Under the pieces are notes generated by a model. It saw only the letters and a program-made list of their open reading frames with translations. It searched no databases and was not told the DNA's origin. A stretch of DNA of 62,945 nucleotides, filler included. It is 10 parts of 10 records of this genome, joined end to end, with 100 filler letters (N's around TTAATTAATTAA, not from the genome) between each part and the next. Parts side by side here need not be neighbours in the genome. Positions count along the whole stretch, not along the records: positions 31,330 to 36,657 come from SRR7504441_3650; positions 36,758 to 42,531 come from SRR7504441_3657; positions 42,632 to 45,652 come from SRR7504441_3662; 7 more parts are not named here. One strand, given 5' to 3'. Below, piece after piece: positions 33,897 through 45,600 of the stretch (its first letter is position 1; every line of letters starts with the position of its first letter). Position numbers and translations under genes: made by a program.

Positions 33897-36500
33897 ATGC
33901 CCTCACAACTCACCCGGGTCCACACACCAGGCGGGACAGATCGCACTGCCGAGTCCCAAAAGTATATGTGGCTCAAGAAGCACCTGCTAGCGCGGGGGGC
34001 TCAGCGGAAACATCTGGACAGCTGCTTCGGGAACACCGAACTCCGTAATTGGGCGATTGAGAACGGATACCTTTCCGCGGAAGGGGCAGCTCCAGCAGAC
34101 CCCATCAGCGTGGCTGACTACGCAGGCAGCACCGAACAGCTGCAGCAGCTGCATCAGCTCATCCAGGTGAGCTCCGAGTCGACCAGAAATCCACCGAGCA
34201 GCAGGGCGGCTGATTTCGCATCAGAGCTCAAGGCTGCAGGGTTTAAGGTGGTAGCATTCGACATGGATCAAACCATCACCAAGGTGCACTCAAGGGGTAG
34301 GCTGGGGCGCGGTAAGCCACTGGTTGAGTTCATTAAAGGCACAACTCCCGACTTCGAGCCAATGGTCCAAGCTCTGGTGGCAGTTGGGCTGAAGCTGGCC
34401 GTCGCAACACACAGTGACGAGGCGGAGTATGGTCACGAAGTACAGCCAGAGACACACATTCTAGGTGCTGAGCTGGCACAGACTTTGCTGGAGGCTGTAG
34501 TCCCAGATCAGGCGTCTTCCTTCAAGGTGGTGTCCTACAATCCTAGGGCCCACAAGGATCGTAAAATTGAGAATGGCAACAAACGCAGTCACATCCGTCA
34601 GATAGCACAGCACTATGGTGTTGATGAGCGCGAGGTGCTGCTGCTTGACGATGACAGGACAAATGTCGAGAACACAGCTGGACAGTTCAGCGCTCTCCAC
34701 GTCAATCCAGAACACGGGTTTGAAATTGACGCGTCAGCCGCTCAATTCCGCGGCCTGGAACCGATCGTGGCAGTAGAGCCAGCGCCCGCTGAGGATAGCC
34801 CAGCAGCTATCAATGCTGGATGCGATACTCCGGAAGTCGGCTTTGTGACGATTGATGAGAGAGGACCGGCGGCAGCTCCCGCTAGACACGTCGAGTTGGT
34901 TGCGTGGCAGCAGGAGCGGGTCCATGCAAGAGTGCTGATTGGCTGTATAACTGGGTCTGCCCGAGTGGAAGTCCAGCCTCTGGTGCATTCTTCAGGATGC
35001 TCTGTGAACGGAGTGGCGCGAGCTATAGGGAAGGTGCTTGCAGAGATCGATGTTGCCTCACCCGAAGAGCGGACCAAGCCAGTGAGAAAGCAGGATTTGG
35101 GTCTTGGTTGGGTTGAAGATCCGTTGGAGCCTGGCGATGGGAGCCTGTGCACCGTCGCAGGTGCTGGTGATAATGGCAGTTGGTACTCTGTATGGCTCTC
35201 ATGGGAACCCGCCGCAGGGGCTGATGTTGGGCGCTACGATGGCGCTGTGGTGGTCCATGCAGCTGAGGATCATAGACTCACAGTCACTCTCCGTGTGTTG
35301 CCGCATGTGCTCGCGCCAAGGGAGCAATGGGCTTTCAAGCTCAACCTGTGGACAAACCCGTGGGCTGTGCTGAGGTATGCCGGGTATTCAAGTAAGGCCC
35401 ACTGGACACCGGAGGTGCTGCAGCTATTGAAAGAGCATGTAGCTGTGCTGGCAGACGCTGGGCAGAAATGTGTGACAGCAACCATTGTGCAGAAGCCTTG
35501 GAAGAACCAGACCTTTGACCCACACTATACGATGGTCAGCTGGTCAAAGGAGATTGACGGCAGTTGGGTATTTGACTTCACAAAGCTGGAAATGTGGATC
35601 GATATCCATTCAGAACTCGGGATCACAGGACCAGTTGAGCTTTTCAGTGTGTTACCGTGGCCGAGCAACGCAGGGTGTGAGGTGCAAGAGTCTGATCCGT
35701 ATGCATACTACTTTTACGACAAAGCCTCCTCGAGAGAGTGCAAGGTCGAGGTTGTGGTCGGGTCTCCTGAATTCGAAGCGATTTGGGAGCCATTTTTGCG
35801 AGCCCTGGTCGCTCAGGCTACGGCATCTGGCTGGATTGATAGGATGAGATTTGCCTTTGATGAGAGGAATCCACGTGATTTGGACGCAGCGTTCGCTTTC
35901 CTCGCCCGGGTAGTGCCAGGAGCTCAGATGGCTGCTGCTGGCAATTGGCGGATCAAGACTGCTGACGCATGCCAGGATTTCGTCGGCATGATCAAGTCCT
36001 CTGGCGGCTTCATGAACAGCAGGTCATTTGGAAAGGTGCTTTGCACACGTGCTAGCGAGCACAGGACGAGCTCCTTCTATACTTGTGCTAACCCCAAGTA
36101 TCGGTTCCCAGACACAAAGCTAGCGAATCATCCATCCGATGCAGTTTGGCTAGGTTGGCACGCTGCTGCGGTTGGGTTTTCGGGGTACCTCCGGTGGGCC
36201 TACGACTCATGGCCACAGGATCCACTCAAGGATGCACGCTTTGAAGGGACCGGCGGCACCTGGTTAGCTGGTGAATGTTTCCTTGCATACCCAGGAGGAC
36301 GTGGTTCGATTAGACTTGAGAGGTTGCGCGATGGGATTCAAGACTTTGAGAAGATTCGACATCTTCGCATGCTCGGGGGCGACACGGCTCAAGCTATTAA
36401 TTCGCTGCTCGAGCCTTTCAGGCATAAAATGAAACTGGAGAGCTGTGGAGTTCCACAAGGCATGGTAGCTAGTGCGAGACATAAACTAAATGATTTGTGA
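33897..36500 (+). CDS. Fusion of a HAD-like domain with a GH123/DUF4091 glycoside hydrolase; intronless
   Basis: N-terminal VVAFDMDQT...LLDDDRTN; C-terminal LNLWTNPWAV, LADAGQKCVTATIVQKPW..QTFD, FDFTKLEMWI, AFDER, GYLRWAYDSWPQDPL, SIRLERLRDGIQDFEKI. Confidence 0.8.
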   Translation: MPSQLTRVHTPGGTDRTAESQKYMWLKKHLLARGAQRKHLDSCFGNTELRNWAIENGYLSAEGAAPADPISVADYAGSTEQLQQLHQLIQVSSESTRNPPSSRAADFASELKAAGFKVVAFDMDQTITKVHSRGRLGRGKPLVEFIKGTTPDFEPMVQALVAVGLKLAVATHSDEAEYGHEVQPETHILGAELAQTLLEAVVPDQASSFKVVSYNPRAHKDRKIENGNKRSHIRQIAQHYGVDEREVLLLDDDRTNVENTAGQFSALHVNPEHGFEIDASAAQFRGLEPIVAVEPAPAEDSPAAINAGCDTPEVGFVTIDERGPAAAPARHVELVAWQQERVHARVLIGCITGSARVEVQPLVHSSGCSVNGVARAIGKVLAEIDVASPEERTKPVRKQDLGLGWVEDPLEPGDGSLCTVAGAGDNGSWYSVWLSWEPAAGADVGRYDGAVVVHAAEDHRLTVTLRVLPHVLAPREQWAFKLNLWTNPWAVLRYAGYSSKAHWTPEVLQLLKEHVAVLADAGQKCVTATIVQKPWKNQTFDPHYTMVSWSKEIDGSWVFDFTKLEMWIDIHSELGITGPVELFSVLPWPSNAGCEVQESDPYAYYFYDKASSRECKVEVVVGSPEFEAIWEPFLRALVAQATASGWIDRMRFAFDERNPRDLDAAFAFLARVVPGAQMAAAGNWRIKTADACQDFVGMIKSSGGFMNSRSFGKVLCTRASEHRTSSFYTCANPKYRFPDTKLANHPSDAVWLGWHAAAVGFSGYLRWAYDSWPQDPLKDARFEGTGGTWLAGECFLAYPGGRGSIRLERLRDGIQDFEKIRHLRMLGGDTAQAINSLLEPFRHKMKLESCGVPQGMVASARHKLNDL

Positions 36501-37028
36501 TGTTAAGTAATGCATATAATAATACGGCTTTATCCGCTAAATTGCCAAATTCCGGCAGGTTTGCACATGCTATCGTAGACTCGCGGCTCTAGCTAAGGTA
36601 CCGTGTAGATTCATGGACTGCCAAGGTTCCCAATCGGGTCGGTGCGAATATCTACCTNNNNNNNNNNNNNNNNNNNNNNNNNNNNNNNNNNNNNNNNNNN
36701 NTTAATTAATTAANNNNNNNNNNNNNNNNNNNNNNNNNNNNNNNNNNNNNNNNNNNNGCGCGGCCCGTGGGCCCCTCAGCCGGCTGATCTGGCCTCGGAC
36801 GATGTCCACACCAGGCTGGACATCCGGGCGATCAGCACGTTGCTGGCGCGTGGCCACAAAGTTGAATTGCTCAACTTCGGAACTTGTGCACTTTTGCAGC
36901 ACTTTAATCAAATGTACTTATATTATAATCTATGAACGAATGTTTGCTACTGATACATCATTAATAATTACTGTATTTGAAAGTGGCACCCGAATCAGAT
37001 AATCGGATAATCGAAGTCTCATTCGGTC

Positions 37029-39166
37029 TTATGTCCATACCACTTTAGAAACCATCCGCGGGTCTTGATCATGACTATGGATGACACGTTTCAGAGATGC
37101 TGCGACCGCCCCAAATGTGGGCCGGTCGCCAGGATGCCTTGCGACCATTCTAGCCACCAGCGTACACAGAGGTTCGGGGATTTCATCCTCGCTAAGTTCT
37201 TGAACCTGTGAAGATTGAATCAGATCCATCAGTTCTGCTACGCCAACATCTGGCCAAGGCTCTCTCTTTGTGAGCATCTGGCCCAACAGAATACCTACAG
37301 CATAAACCTGGAGCACAAAGCAGCCAGATGAGCTTGTTTCAAAGGAGGCAGCTCACATCCACTTTGGTGCCATCGATGTATTGCTCCTCTTCGTCTAGAA
37401 TCTGCAGGAAACCAAGTATTACAGAAAACTAGTCAAGCTTTGCTGAGATACCTCTGGTGGAGTGTAATGCAAAGTGCCAACCATGCCGCGTGTTATTTTA
37501 TGATTTGTCTTTGATCTCCGGCAGCATCCAAGATCACAAATCTTGATCTTTGCAGTATTATAGTCAGGGCTTGTGAGCAGTACTGCAGACACAATTGCAC
37601 TTGATCTCAACTGAGCAAGGTAGGGGGCACCATTCTGCGGCTTCAGATCCAAGTGGACAACCGGCGGAGTTTGCGAGTGGAGGTGATCCATCGTTTCACA
37701 GATTGTGAGTGCCCACACCGTCATTTGCATCATCGATACCCGTGGTGAGAGAATTGCATCAAAGATGGTGCCGCCCAGGCACCGCTCAAAAATCATATAA
37801 AATGATGTCTCCTCTTCCATCCCTGGTGTCGGCTGCATCGTAATCCCATAAAAGCGCACCTGTACATCCAAAAACGTAAGGAGCGTCCATATGCAGTGAG
37901 AATCAAAAGGGCTTACAATATTTGGGTGATGCTGGAACTTCATGAGTTGGGTGAGCTCTTTGGCAAAGCTCTCGGTTCCGCCGCCGATGAGCAAATCGAA
38001 CTGCAGCAGCAAACGCCATCACGTGGTCACATCAAGCAATGCATGGGGCACCAGTTCTTTGAGCACAATGTCATTTTCATCCCATTGCCCTTTGAACACC
38101 CGGCCCTGTCCTCCAGTAGCCATCACTCCGCCCATCCGAATCTTTTCAAACGGTATAAAGTAGTCTTGAATGGAGATGCTGTTAAACACCTCCTGAAGAT
38201 TGTCCAGTTGTCCAGTTGTGGTGGCTGTTCGGCATGCTTCAGGACTGATGTCCACCACATTTTGGCTGGGAGACCGGCGCAGGTCCAGTTTTGACGCGTC
38301 CCCTATGAGCGACTCTCGGTCACCGACGAGCAACGAGCTCCGGTGAAGTTCTTCTTGCCCAGCTGGCCGTCTGAATTTGAGAACGACAAAACAAATGATC
38401 AACGCAAGCACCACCACCACACCGGCCGCAACGAGAATGACGAGCACCGTGCGGTCTATCAGCGGGCCACTAGTCGGCGGGCTGGTGGGGGCGACTGTGG
38501 GAGAGCCCGGTGTCTGCCCGCACTTGGCACCGCACACTTCGGTCGCTTCTGATGGCAGTGGACAGGCGAATAAGCTGCCCGAGAGATCGCAGTAGTAAGA
38601 CAGCTGAGTGAACTTGAACGGTGGCAACACGTTGGTCAGGTTGTTGTTGCCCAGGTCCAGCGAGATGAGCGAGCTGAGGCTGGCCAGCTCTTCGGGGATA
38701 GAGCCTTGGATCTGATTCTGCGGCAGCTCGATGTAGGCCAGGTTGGATAGCACACCCATCGAGGCAGGCAGTTGGGTGGTCTGGGTGCCTGCCCCTGCCC
38801 CAGATTACAGGTTAGGGGGCGCGCTTCTCACCTTGATTTGAGTGAAGCTTGTTGGACATGGCGATGTGAGTGATGTGGCCGTTCTCGCACATGACGCACG
38901 TGGCCGACTTGCAGGGATCAGACCGGAAGTCCGACTGGCACCGATTCCCGAAGGTGGGGTCCTTCACTGCCAGCAGGTCAGTGCGACTGCTGGCGGCGGC
39001 TTCCGCTACCGAGCCCTGGCGAGGCGTCGAAGAAATCTTGGAACGCCTTGCACTCTGCGGGCAGCAGGCTGGCCGACTGGTTGACGCATCCGGCCGACAC
39101 AGCGGTGGCGCAAAGTGCGAGCAGGACAGCGGCGTGAAGCACGCCGGAGTGGCACAATATCGACAT
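37029..39166 (-). CDS. LRR receptor-like kinase (signal peptide, plant-type LRRs, TM, TKL kinase); multi-exon
   Basis: LPQNQIQGSIPEELASLSSLISLDLGNNNL; TM VLVILVAAGVVVVLALIICF; GGQGRV, HLDLKPQN, DLG, GTLHYTPPE; introns include 38967-39009 and 38795-38831. Confidence 0.88.
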
Positions 39167-39224
39167 CCCAACGACGGCCCTCAACGGCTGTACAACGGCT
39201 GTGCCGTTGGGGCAATCAGGAGCA

Positions 39225-39924
39225 ATGACGAGCCTGGTCGGACCCCGCGGGGCATGCCTGTTGCCCTGGCTGCTGCTGCCCTGCCTGGGGCTGGTGATCC
39301 CACTCGGACGGCACGGGCATGGCCAGTAGCTCCCCGCTCTGACCGGCCTGACTGCGGCGGACAGGCACTTTATCGAAACGCTCCGCACGCCGCCCGACCG
39401 GCTGTGGTTTGTAAAGGCGACTGGCCGGCTCGGGGCCGGCTCAGGCCGGGACAGTACCACACGTACGACACCCGGGCCGACGGGCTGCTCCCGGAGTTTG
39501 CTCAGCTGGCTGAAAAATACTCGGACCCCGAGGACGCTGAGGCAGCCCTGGGCCGGGCCGCTGGGCAACACGGGGGCAGGTGATCAACTTTGGCAGCGTC
39601 AACCTGGACCTGCACCCGGAGCTTGCAGCCAAGGGGACCGACAAGCACACCCCGCTGCTCAAGCTGTTCCATAATGCGACCGAGGTGGAGGACGAGTCGA
39701 TCGACTTCAGCGCAGCCAGTGCCGAGACCCTCGAGCGCTACATCAAGAACTATCTATATGCCAAGCTCCTCAACGACTTTGCCAACAAGCTCGAGCAGCG
39801 GCACGGGCCGGATGATCTTGAAAAGTTTGTTCCTGATGCCGCCGATGCACCTAGCGAGAAACCGAATCACGACAAAAAGCCGGAGCCGGCCGGGCAAACA
39901 GCCAGTTCTCTCGAAGAGCTCTGA
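39225..39924 (+). CDS. ER thioredoxin-fold (PDI-like) protein lacking CxxC; 4 exons
   Basis: Introns 39326-39364 (GT), 39417-39454 (GC) and 39542-39579 (GC) give signal peptide + RLWFVKYHTYDTRADGLLPEFAQLAEKY...INFGSVNLDLHPELA...PLLKLF; C-terminus LEEL. Confidence 0.7.
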
Positions 39925-40376
39925 GTGCGATCAATGCGCGACAGTAAGCGGCATCAGTCAGATTTAGTACATCGCTGACCAAACAGCATTGACTGGCACT
40001 CCGCCTGACTCCGTCACACAAGTGAATTGTATCTGATTTCATAGAATTTCAAGATTATTTTCATGATTGTGTCACTCAGATGGTAAGATGACTCATGATT
40101 ACACATTGATCAAGGTGCAAGAATAAGATCTAGACTTTGATACAAATGCTTTTTATATACGAGCTTTAGTCTGGTTACCATGGCATTGCGCGCTAAGTTT
40201 ATCAGTCATCGAGTCATACAGTATCAGTTCGGTAGCCACAGACTCTTTGACACGTGGAATAACCGTGGCCATACGATTGTACGATTGTGGAAGAATCTGA
40301 AGACCCGCGCTTAGCTCAGCGTCGCGGGCGCTTAGCTCACGACTCAGGAGCTGCCCAGCGACTGCTTGTGGCCGCG

Positions 40377-41812
40377 ATGCCCGAGGATCTGCTGCCGGTG
40401 GAGCACCTGACCAGTCTGCAGGAGATGGGCTTGGACAGAGGTGCCCCACCCCACCGGGCTGGCCACTGAGCCCGCCCGCAGCCGACTACGCCGGCACCAG
40501 GTTCCCGCCGGTGTTTCCGGCCTCCGAGTACGCTGAGCGGCTCGGTCGGGTGCGCGCTCGGATGGCGGCTGCCGGGTTTGGGACCCTGATCGTGGCGTGT
40601 CCGGCCAACATTCATTATCTCACGGGGTTCGATGGCTGGGGCTACTACATGCAGCAGTATCTGATTGTCCGGCCGGAGGAGGAGCCGGTTCTGATCGCCC
40701 GCGGGATGGACGCCGCCGCTGGGGCGTTCAGCACGCACTTGCCGTTGAACCGATGCTTCGGTTATGCCGATCACTACGTCGACAGCCCGGAGCTGCATGC
40801 TATGCAACTTGCGGCCCAGGTGTGCCTCAACCAAGGCTGGGCGCAAGGTACGGTGGCATTGGACATGAACTCGGATTACATGACCGCCCGCGCGCTCCGC
40901 GAGGCCTCGCGGCTGTTGGTCCCGGCCGGTGCTGAGCTCGAAGACGACCGGCGGCTGGTCAACTGGGTTCGGCTGGTCAAGAGCGACTCTGAGCTGGCCA
41001 AGATCAGGGAGGCCGCCAAGATAATGGACAGGGTGGCTGCCCGGGCGGTGGCCGCGCTCACCCCCGAGACTCGCGGGTGCGATCTGGCTGCGGAGATTAT
41101 GCACGCCCAGGTGTCGGGCACTGAGGAGTATGGTGGCACCTACACGGCAATTGCTCCGATTCTTGCTTCGGGTAAGGATAGCGACGCGGGGCACATGCAG
41201 TGGTCGAGCGCGCCGTACCTCAAGCTCGGGTCGGACGGGGAGCTGCCGCAGAGTGAGGTGGGCCGCGGAGTGGCGGTGGCGATGGAGCTGGCCGCTAGCA
41301 GAGACCACTACCACTGCCCGATGGCTCGCACAGTCATGTTGGGTGAGCCTTCCGAGGAGTATCAGCGGTTCATCAGCTGCTGCTACCAGGCGATGGAGAA
41401 CATGCTGGCGGTCGCCGTCGAGGGCAGCACCTGTGAGCAGCTGTACTTGGCCTATCAGGACACGCTCAAGGCCCAAGGGTTCAGCAAGGCGAGCAGAGTC
41501 GGATACAGCTGTGGGGTCGGATTTGCCCCGGACTGGGGCGAGAAGACGGTGAGCGTCCGGCCCGGGGACAAGACAGTGCTCCAGCCTAACATGTGCCTGC
41601 ACTTGATTGCTGGCTGTGGGGACGGCTACTTGTTTGAGACCAGTGAGGTGGTGGTGATTCGGCCAGACGGCCAGCCGCCGGAGCTGCTGCATGGAACGGC
41701 ACGGCAGCTGTTCGTCAAGCCCGTGGATCTGTGCGAGGGCGCGGCCGGGACGAAAAGTTCTCCTAAAATGGAGCCGCAATCGAGTCAACCGCCAATGATC
41801 TGGGTTTCGTGA
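40377..41812 (+). CDS. doeA: Ectoine hydrolase DoeA/EutD-like (M24 family); 2 exons
   Basis: EYAERL, YLTGFDGWGYY, ARGMDAA, GYADHYV, NWVRLVKS, YHCPMARTV, SRVGYSCGVGFAPDWGEKTVSVRPGD; intron 40441-40481. Confidence 0.8.
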
Positions 41813-42030
41813 CCTGAGAAGCCAGCCGTTGCGAGTAGAGACCAACATTAGATATAGATCAAGCAAAGATCCAATATTTTAGGTGTAGATAGGGTGTAGA
41901 GTAAGTGCATGTAGAGTAGCGATGAGTGACGGAGGTGGAGATTGCCAGAGATTGGTCAATCTAAGTTTACAGTATAAAAGACCATACTCACCATAGCTTG
42001 TTTACCTATGAAACGCTCTCTAAAGTACTC

Positions 42031-42531
42031 CTACCTATCCGTCGGAGGCGAGTTGCTCGGACTATCCCTCTTCCAAGCCAACACTGCCGCCACCGGTCCG
42101 AGGTCGGTGAGCTGCTCGGGCTCGGCTGTGTCCATCTCGCCCTCCGGCTCGCTGCCTGGCGGTGCTGACCAGGCCCGCTCTCCAAGGTGCTTCCAATGCG
42201 ACTTGGTTTCTGCTGAGATCGGGCCGCTCGCACGCTTAAACCCTGCGATCAGCCGCGAGTGCGCCCGGCGCTGCCCGAGCATGCGCCCGTGCCGTGGGGC
42301 GACCATCCGAGCGAGTCGACTCATCCGCTGCTTCCTCTCGATCTCGACGGCCATGTGCCGCCACCGCGCGCGCTGCAGGCCGTCCGTCGCTGCCGCCACG
42401 TCGTCACGGGTGAAGTCGCCATCCCAAGGCCTCCGGGGCTCGACCCTGAAGCGCAGCCGCCGGTCGCCGCTAATATGCTGGGCCGTCTCTATGAACTTGG
42501 AGATGGTGGCATTAAACTCGTCCGCATCCTT
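42031..42531 (-). CDS. 3' end of hypothetical protein (partial)
   Basis: Open frame from the contig edge to the stop at 42031. Confidence 0.4.
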   Translation of the reverse strand, partial: KDADEFNATISKFIETAQHISGDRRLRFRVEPRRPWDGDFTRDDVAAATDGLQRARWRHMAVEIERKQRMSRLARMVAPRHGRMLGQRRAHSRLIAGFKRASGPISAETKSHWKHLGERAWSAPPGSEPEGEMDTAEPEQLTDLGPVAAVLAWKRDSPSNSPPTDR

Positions 42532-42631
42532 NNNNNNNNNNNNNNNNNNNNNNNNNNNNNNNNNNNNNNNNNNNNTTAATTAATTAANNNNNNNNNNNNN
42601 NNNNNNNNNNNNNNNNNNNNNNNNNNNNNNN

Positions 42632-45600
42632 CACCGACGCCTCCCTCAAATCAATGCAGGTTCGCAACTTGGAATTTGGGGTCGTGTTGTGCTGGAAGCT
42701 TCGAGCTTGCGCCGAATCCGTTCGCATTTCGAACGGCCAATTCACCTGCAAACCCATTTCCTCACAAACCCATTGAAGCAACCTCGCCGCCCCTACAGCC
42801 TCCCTCATGGCATATATTTCAGCCTCTGCTGGGCTAATGGCTGTGGCCGGCTGCTTTCGGCTGCACCAGTCCACTGGCATGGAGTTGACAAATAAGATGT
42901 ATCCCGTCTGGCTTCGCAAACCACTGCGCCTATCACCGGCATGGTCGGAGTCCACAAAATAGTCGAAGGTGTCCGTACCACTTACAGCTCCCCCAATTCT
43001 GAACTCCACCGTGGCACTCAGATACCCCAAGACCCGCAACATGGCTTTCCAAGCACCCTCGTCAGGCCTTGCCATCTTGGCACTGAGCCTCGATACTGCA
43101 TGCGCGATGTCAAACCTCACTGTCTTAGCAAAGTAATTCAAGGTGCCAACGACGTGCTTGTAGTACGCCGCATCCACATCCGAAAGCTTCGTGTTGTCTG
43201 AGTACAGCAGCGCAGCTGTCGGCATCGGCGTCGTGTACTGCCTGAGGATACCCCTGTCAAAACGCTGTAGAAACTCCGATACCGCGTCCTCCTGATCCAT
43301 GTAGATGCACTCCTCCCCATCAGCGAACTCCGTGGATATGGTGAATCCTAAGAAGTCCAAAGAATGGTCGGGTGCCAGATACTCCTCGGGCTTGCACTCG
43401 AACCTCTGTCCCAAAGCCCTGTGAAAAGCCTGAGTCTCCAATTGTCCGCCCCTCGTAAGAAAGTCATCGCAGTACAGGACCACCACCAGACCCGACTGCT
43501 GGTGCCGAAACATGCACGGTTCATTCAATCCCTGAGTGAATCCCATCTCCTCTGACGTCATCCAAGCTGCCACTGTCTCGTACCACCTTCTACTGGCCGA
43601 ACGTTGGCCATAGAGCGGTCCAAGCAGACGATACACCCGCTCGACTGCTTGTCTGTACGCCCTGTAAGACACGTACCCTGGAGCCTCGCCCGGGCCATAC
43701 TCTGTGCTCTGCAAGAAGGCAGTTGAGACGTCGCGCTTTGTGATCACGCAGCCCCGCATAGCTCGAGCAAGCAGCGCCCTCACAGTGGCCATGTGCACCA
43801 CTGGCGAGTCGTTCGATACGCCGCCATCCCAACCCGGTGGCTCCATGAACCCCTGCAAGATCAGGCGACCTTTGCGCCGACCATCCCGCTTCTGCTCAAG
43901 AATCATCCGCAAGCGGGGAACCAGCTCCTCCCTGCGCACCCTAGCTGCCTCCTCTGGGTCGAGCTCGCGTAGCCGGGCTCGGGTCACTGATTCTAGCTCC
44001 TCAGTGTAGCCCGGAACCCAGTCCTCAACCGACCCGGCGACCTTCTGCCTCCGCATCAATTCCTGCACGGCCTCTCGCACCTCCCCTGCATCGCTCGGGT
44101 CCACGCTCGCTAGGCTAGCAGTGGCAGCACCATCAGCCTCCGGCATCGCCGGCCCCTTCCTCAAGTACTTGCCAGCCTCCTCGCGCATGGCGTCAGCCAT
44201 TTCCCGCACACAGCAGGCCGCCCCCAGTCGTGACTCGAACTGCGCCATCAGTTCCGGAGCATGCACATTCTCCGCTGGCTCCCATGTGTCGCTGCTCCTA
44301 CCATAGCCCTTCCATCTGACAAGGAACATGGTCTTGCCCTTGACCCTTTTTCGATCCAAGATCCTCTGCACCTCGTACTCCGGCTCGGCCTCATCACTGT
44401 CGCTGTCGCATGTCGGTTCTGGGAGAGATACGCTCTCGCAGGCCTCGTCCTCCTGTGCTGTGCAATACCCATCACTGGCATCGCCGTCCTCGTCGCATGC
44501 AGCCCGGTGAAGCAACGGATCAAACGTCGCCTCCAAAAGCTCCGACTGATCCGGCCTACCCCCAGGCCCAACCATCGCCAGCGGCATGACACCACTGTGA
44601 ACCTTGACACTGTTATCAACCACAGTGGGCATCAAATTCCACGCCTGGGTCTTGGCATCCCACCGGATAGGCACCACCAGAGCCGACCCCACTGAGTCCT
44701 CCGCCCTGCCTACCCAGATGCCCATCTCCCCTGTGGGCTGGTACTCTCCCTGTCTGTTCGGCGCAGGGACATGCCAGGTAACCAGCTCTCCAAAGACGTG
44801 GTCCTCCTTCTGCCACTTGTATGCGCTCCCGGTCAGCTGCTCATGCGGCGCCTTTCGTGTCGCCCAATCGGTCACGTTAACACAAAAGTTCGCCCGCGCC
44901 AACAGATGCCCCCAGAGTTGGTCGTAATAAAACGCTCCCCCAGTGGCCCCCAGCAGCATTGAGCGCGCACGCTGCTTCAGCATGCCGATTCGCCTCTCCA
45001 CCACCGAGTTGGCCTGGGATCTGTACCCTCCAGTGTCGGTCTGCTTCCAGCCTTTCCGACGCGCCAGCGCACGCACCTCGCCCTCGAACGACTTGTCCAC
45101 ATCGGTGTGAAGCTGCACTATCGATCTGGTCTTGTCCGCACCCAGTCGCTCCAGCTCAGCGCTGAACTCGTCCAAGGCCGCCGCCACCGACTTGGAATCA
45201 CGCCGCTCCAGGAGCCGCACAAAGCCGTAAGCAGCCTCATCTCCTGGGGCTACCTCGTCGTCATCGCTGTACCCCGCCACACAACACACCAACGCCACCG
45301 TATGCCCATCCAAGGTCGGCGAGTGGCGCCCAGTGAAGTCTGCCGAAGCATGGTACCCTCCAGGTACTCTCGTCCCGCCACTCTGCTTCTTCTTGCGCCT
45401 GGCTGCCTTCTTGGCTCGCTTCTGTCCTCGGACACAGTGGTCGCAATCTGGCCGGTAGGGATGGCCACTCCGAGCGTGATCCTGGTACCAGGATGGAAGC
45501 CGCTGTGCCGTCACTGCACTGCGATCCGACACCTCAGTCACAGCATGCGGCCAACAGCACACGACATCCGTCCACTCAACCGGTCCCATCTCTGTGGGTA

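Noticed and set aside
40337-41866. Long antisense and alternative-frame ORFs (e.g. 40337-41866 -, 24350-25615 -, 48146-49330 +)
   Set aside because: Shadow ORFs expected from high GC and codon bias; no recognisable motifs.
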